Part shown: in pieces, positions 48,401 to 51,280 of the stretch
How the letters are laid out: every line of letters starts with the position of its first letter
How positions within the stretch are numbered: the stretch's first letter is position 1
Virus record (IMG/VR): IMGVR_UViG_3300012953_007445
Location: 1-51,280 of that record
From: a virus
Lineage: Duplodnaviria; Caudoviricetes
DNA length: 51,280 bases
Strand: one strand, 5' to 3'
Translations under genes and position numbers: made by a program
The notes under the pieces: generated by a model
The model's database searches: none
Seen by the model: the letters and a program-made list of their open reading frames with translations, nothing else
Told to the model about the DNA's origin: nothing

Positions 48401-49353
48401 CATCTACAGTCGGCTTTCCTATTCACACAAAAACTAGCTATTTTGATGGAAAAGTTGCTGGAATAAAATTTTGGTCTAAAGCTTTGTCACAAGAAGAATC
48501 TCTAGAACACATTAAGAATTTTAAATCTGTTGGCACTGATAATCCAAAAACTAATAATACCTTCGCTATCACGAATTCAGGTTCTTTTGAGAAATTAAGG
48601 CTCAACGTTTCTACAGATCAAATAGAAAAAAATTCTAATATCTTGGGTCAACTTAATTTAGTTGATTTTTCACAAAATTTTGCTATTAAAAGTGTTACAG
48701 GATCTTTTCACTCTGTCTCCGGAGCCATGTGCCAACAGTTTGATAAAGGAAGAAAAATAATAAAAGAAGAGAGGTTTGACTATTCTATAATATCTCCTTT
48801 TTACGATGAAAACATCGATGATGATAGAGTAAAAATTGCAGGATTCTCAGATGGCGAAAACATAAAGCTATATAATGCTAGAACAGCACCGGTTTATGAG
48901 TTAGAACCCTTTGAAACTGAAATAAATGATAACCGGTTTGAAATACAAATACATCTACAGAGAGGGTTAGATGAGGACATAATGAATATATTTTCTTCTA
49001 TAGAATCTTTAGATAATGCCCTTGGCCGGCCTGAACTAGCATTTACCATAGAATACCCAGACTTAAAAAGGCTAAGAAGTTTATATTTCAACCGATTAAC
49101 AGACAAAGTTAATTACAAGAACTTTTTTGATTTATTTAGGTGGTTAGATGATGTATTTTCAGATACTGTAGAAAAACTTATTCCTAGAAATACAGATTTT
49201 CTAGGAATTAATATAATTATTGAGTCTCATGCTCTAGAAAGAACTAAGATAGCTTACAAGCATTTTAACGTATATAATGCTCCTGACACTAGAAGTAATC
49301 TAGATTCCGTCTTGCTAGTTTCGCAAAGATCTGGTATCATTAGGAGATTTTAA
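45406..49353 (+). CDS. Large baseplate wedge protein with LamG-like domains (gp7-like)
   Basis: FFGSAE, FSIEL..WHNI..GYLDEFR, IWRRIL.NL..I.KTKGTKESIK..FR. Confidence 0.72.
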   Translation: MSRSKIFGNIKVFSRKKLRKYTHSSSTLIRKSKRDIIKTDINEDSESFRRNSKDSGLVSTQQIPLDNSNFANNTFFGSAEVKVNIAFDKIINKYPFDGSFGDVEKFEDELSSFEKHVLDSFPKSRGFVRFTGAQYIETKDSTGFLNQNLSSGNLGNSRINPKEKSFSIELHVYLSKAANNNSYLFYCLDEKGTNNYVGFSSFLKATSSAATAEIGFLISSGSVNSVISSSFSKGEWHNIHFICDRRQNFNNISISKVTSGNFLSLKESNQILMGDINTESTSLFIGKGNSIAIPNFSFDYQENFKGYLDEFRLFHNLRSRDEIEFYSKRNIFSHENLRICYRFNEPSGSYSNNNIVLDHSGNSLHSKVESFSHSSNKTNFEPGVSNPIVLENSKYSPILFPKFNEVVDLNNNLLNEASEYDINNPNLITKMIPKHYLNIGSDFEGVAVDGEMVESYSSTSNLPRTGKLGSNQLMSLLLYFFAEEFDSYKVFLDQVSQYLHPDYENKSGVANPFLSDLADYYGFDLPDIFSDATYEQYLGSESLGLELGIYERNIQEIQNIIWRRILKNLNYINKTKGTKESIKSIFRSAGIEPDRMFRMVEFGGKKEFRMGKSRQKIVEMATMLDFSGSLSYKPIESILSNGMLLERPYIISAHLTGTRIEPGLPEIAGGNALAKGTIKFHSSNNSLIPANGSTVTIRDAFSKQKTFQFTDGGGASGDNVEIDRRNRRTTHVLAALTASINSHFSDSLSVTSFRSSPGSNIDTIQLVSKNFSRNDLGNHTISGTGTHNLTFNGFAGGNGFIRAGNIGYEPTGISTTESDGLLTSGSWSVEGVYKFEDNIQKEIKRSLSRLALSGTQSSNVWEHKTAITSNLVLSDKGESLKLYVRSSSPSSSPVLEIDLTGSNINLLNGKKWYVCYGRKRNDLIGQELSSSYFVRVGNFDSGRVQNFYEVEKSFYEGDPNKNVFQTTTPSGGTTYTPHFVLIGSQSFQNGNQGQFLNDSSTVGFPIHTKTSYFDGKVAGIKFWSKALSQEESLEHIKNFKSVGTDNPKTNNTFAITNSGSFEKLRLNVSTDQIEKNSNILGQLNLVDFSQNFAIKSVTGSFHSVSGAMCQQFDKGRKIIKEERFDYSIISPFYDENIDDDRVKIAGFSDGENIKLYNARTAPVYELEPFETEINDNRFEIQIHLQRGLDEDIMNIFSSIESLDNALGRPELAFTIEYPDLKRLRSLYFNRLTDKVNYKNFFDLFRWLDDVFSDTVEKLIPRNTDFLGINIIIESHALERTKIAYKHFNVYNAPDTRSNLDSVLLVSQRSGIIRRF

Positions 49354-51280
49354 TGACTTTAATTAGAAAAAACAGTAACTTAATTGGTTTCGAACAAGGC
49401 GTTAGTGTAACTAGTTTTGATAAACTTTTTCAACAAACTAGGGCTAGATTTTTCCCTTTAGCTTATCCTAAACTGTCTTTTTCTAAAAAAGATAACACTA
49501 ATGCTAGCGTCATTTTACCGATTGATAAAATTCCTAACGATCCAGGAAATGGAAAATATAACTTACAAATAGAGGATAGTTCTGGTCAAACGTTAAAAAT
49601 AAGAGTAAGCAAAGAGATAAAAGCAACAACTTCTTTGACAGTTAGTTCAGCTTCTGGTTGGAACAATACGATGAGTTTTAAGCTAGTAGATAACTTAAGA
49701 ACTGTAACTTTTACATGCGACACCAGTTTAACCCCTGATCAAAATGCCGGCACAAAAACTGGTTTAAACAATTATAAATTCCCCGAACAAGGAGCTACTC
49801 ATTCTCCACCAGCTCTGGCACAGAGAATTTTCAACGTTATTAATCTAGCTTATGAAAGCGAAGAGTTGAACATTAAACCGACTTACACGCAGGGAGAATC
49901 TGTTGTTTATTTAGAACAAACCACTGCCGGCGAAGTCGGAAATACTAGCATAACTTTATCTAACGTTTCCGGTAAGTTAGTAGCTAGTAATTCAAATAAA
50001 TTTATAAACGGTACTTTAGGCATTCCTCGCCGCGAAAATGGTAATTTCTTAACGAAAACAGGAAGAAGATATCATAAACTAGATAGCAATGCTCACGCTC
50101 TTTATACAAGAGGAACAGAATCAATTAGCCAAGTTGCTTTTGATGTTAATAAAATTATTAATAATTCTGGTTTTAAAATCAAATCAAAAATTATACAAAA
50201 TAATATTATCTTAATATACCAAGAAGAAAAAGGAAATGATGGTTTAAGTTACGGCGATAGAACTTCTCCGGTAACTCAAGCTATGCAGCTTGGTTTAAAT
50301 GATAAAGTAGAAAAATATAATTTTCGTTTCTCTAACAAAGAACTATCCGGAGTAGATTTAGGCAACGACATATTTCATGATGTAAATTACTTGGACTCTC
50401 CAGCCAGAATAGAAAACGTTAATAGGTATATTGACATTGATGTAGGTTCAGTAAGCTACGAAATTTTCTCTCACGTGATAGATGACCGAATCGATCTACT
50501 GAATGCTGCAGGGGTAAACGGGGAGATTGAAAGAGCTATAGCTCAAGTCGCTACGGGATGGGTCAGGTTTGGCGAACTACCTGAAATTGGAGCTGAAAAC
50601 AGAGATACTACGGTTTTAAGCTTTGTCATAGATTTTAAAATAAGCAAGAAACTTTTAGAAGTTTCTAACATTTCTGATATTGGTTTTGATCAATATCCTA
50701 GAACAGTAAAAATATTTCTCAAGTTAGTTAATCCGCCAGATCCATCGCAATCTTCACCTAAGTTTGAAATAGTAAGATCAACACCACCAATTGATGCTAT
50801 GGGGGTGATTCAAGGTGACACTGAAATTCAAATTCTAGTTAGCAGAGCTACGCAGCTAGCTGATGCTGGTAATTTGACAGATTTAAAAAAGGCTCTTTTC
50901 GAGAGACGATTAATCTACGAAAGAATTAGCGAAGCTTTTGGTAGCTTCAATAGATCGTTTCCCTTTATTAAGATTAATCTTATAACTGAACCAAGAAAAT
51001 CAGGAAGTGGTTTGACTGATTACATTTTAAGAGTTGAAGAAGTTGAACCTATGGTCAGATGCGATATTAGAGCAATGTTAGGTTCCGGATTAGAAACCGG
51101 GCCGGATAGAAACTTAGATGGCAGTCCAGATAATTTAGCAAGAATTAATGTAATAAGACCCCTAACTGGATCGGTTGCTACTCGAGACGGTGTTCAATAT
51201 GAAATTCGCCAACATGAATACAACTCGGTAAAATTAGATAGAGACTTCATAAATAAGCCAATATTACACCCAAACAACCG
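49353..51280 (+). CDS. Large structural protein, 5' part (runs off window)
   Basis: TAATG-coupled ATG 49353 (MTLIRKNSNLIGFEQGVSV...), AGGAG SD; no stop in the part translated by hand, and absence from the ORF track fits a frame open to the end. Confidence 0.8.
   Translation, partial: MTLIRKNSNLIGFEQGVSVTSFDKLFQQTRARFFPLAYPKLSFSKKDNTNASVILPIDKIPNDPGNGKYNLQIEDSSGQTLKIRVSKEIKATTSLTVSSASGWNNTMSFKLVDNLRTVTFTCDTSLTPDQNAGTKTGLNNYKFPEQGATHSPPALAQRIFNVINLAYESEELNIKPTYTQGESVVYLEQTTAGEVGNTSITLSNVSGKLVASNSNKFINGTLGIPRRENGNFLTKTGRRYHKLDSNAHALYTRGTESISQVAFDVNKIINNSGFKIKSKIIQNNIILIYQEEKGNDGLSYGDRTSPVTQAMQLGLNDKVEKYNFRFSNKELSGVDLGNDIFHDVNYLDSPARIENVNRYIDIDVGSVSYEIFSHVIDDRIDLLNAAGVNGEIERAIAQVATGWVRFGELPEIGAENRDTTVLSFVIDFKISKKLLEVSNISDIGFDQYPRTVKIFLKLVNPPDPSQSSPKFEIVRSTPPIDAMGVIQGDTEIQILVSRATQLADAGNLTDLKKALFERRLIYERISEAFGSFNRSFPFIKINLITEPRKSGSGLTDYILRVEEVEPMVRCDIRAMLGSGLETGPDRNLDGSPDNLARINVIRPLTGSVATRDGVQYEIRQHEYNSVKLDRDFINKPILHPNN

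Larger units (their letters stand above)
1..51280. mobile_element. Segment of a large contractile-tailed dsDNA phage genome (likely jumbo myovirus)
   Basis: gp25-like, gp6-like and HxH spike baseplate genes, tail fibres with S74 chaperone, gp55-like sigma factor, PhoH, Cas4-like nuclease, co-oriented coupled genes, no cellular housekeeping genes. Confidence 0.92.

Noticed and set aside
1496-49106. Short overlapping ORFs in the track (e.g. 3854-4288, 17096-17404, 40179-40832, 45471-45872)
   Set aside because: Shadows of well-supported genes on the other strand or frame, without motifs
1-51280. Stop-codon reassignment
   Set aside because: Long intact ORFs under code 11; TAG (5190, 12353, 34682), TGA and TAA all end genes at coupled junctions

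Overview
AT-rich, gene-dense segment, almost all on the + strand with many ATGA/TAATG overlaps and standard code 11, most consistent with a large contractile-tailed (myovirus-like, probably jumbo) phage. Modules in order: (1) 1-5.7 kb, a tandem array of small/medium ORFs, most sharing an N-terminal leader MKITKRQLRRIIKEE followed by a hydrophobic-x-E site but with mostly unrelated bodies, best read as capsid-targeted internal head proteins; (2) 5.7-9.8 kb, lipoprotein S1 protease, eukaryote-type phosphomannomutase, DinG-like helicase, HIGH nucleotidyltransferase and Nudix hydrolase; (3) 9.9-18.7 kb, YeaH-SpoVR-PrkA triad coupled to a degenerate GroEL-like protein, RNase H-like YkuK, Hc1 histone-like protein, stand-alone sigma70 region-4 protein and PIN-PhoH; (4) 18.7-26.6 kb, tail fibres; (5) 26.8-37.1 kb, a glycosylation island (six glycosyltransferase genes including a GT11 fucosyltransferase, gmd, fcl, a 2OG-Fe(II)-like oxygenase) interrupted by a Cas4-like nuclease; (6) 37.4-51.3 kb, gp55-like late sigma factor and baseplate genes (spike, gp25, gp6, large wedge proteins), the last gene running off the window. 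No tRNA, rRNA or CRISPR array was seen. All family calls come from motif recognition by eye; no searches were run and the host cannot be determined.
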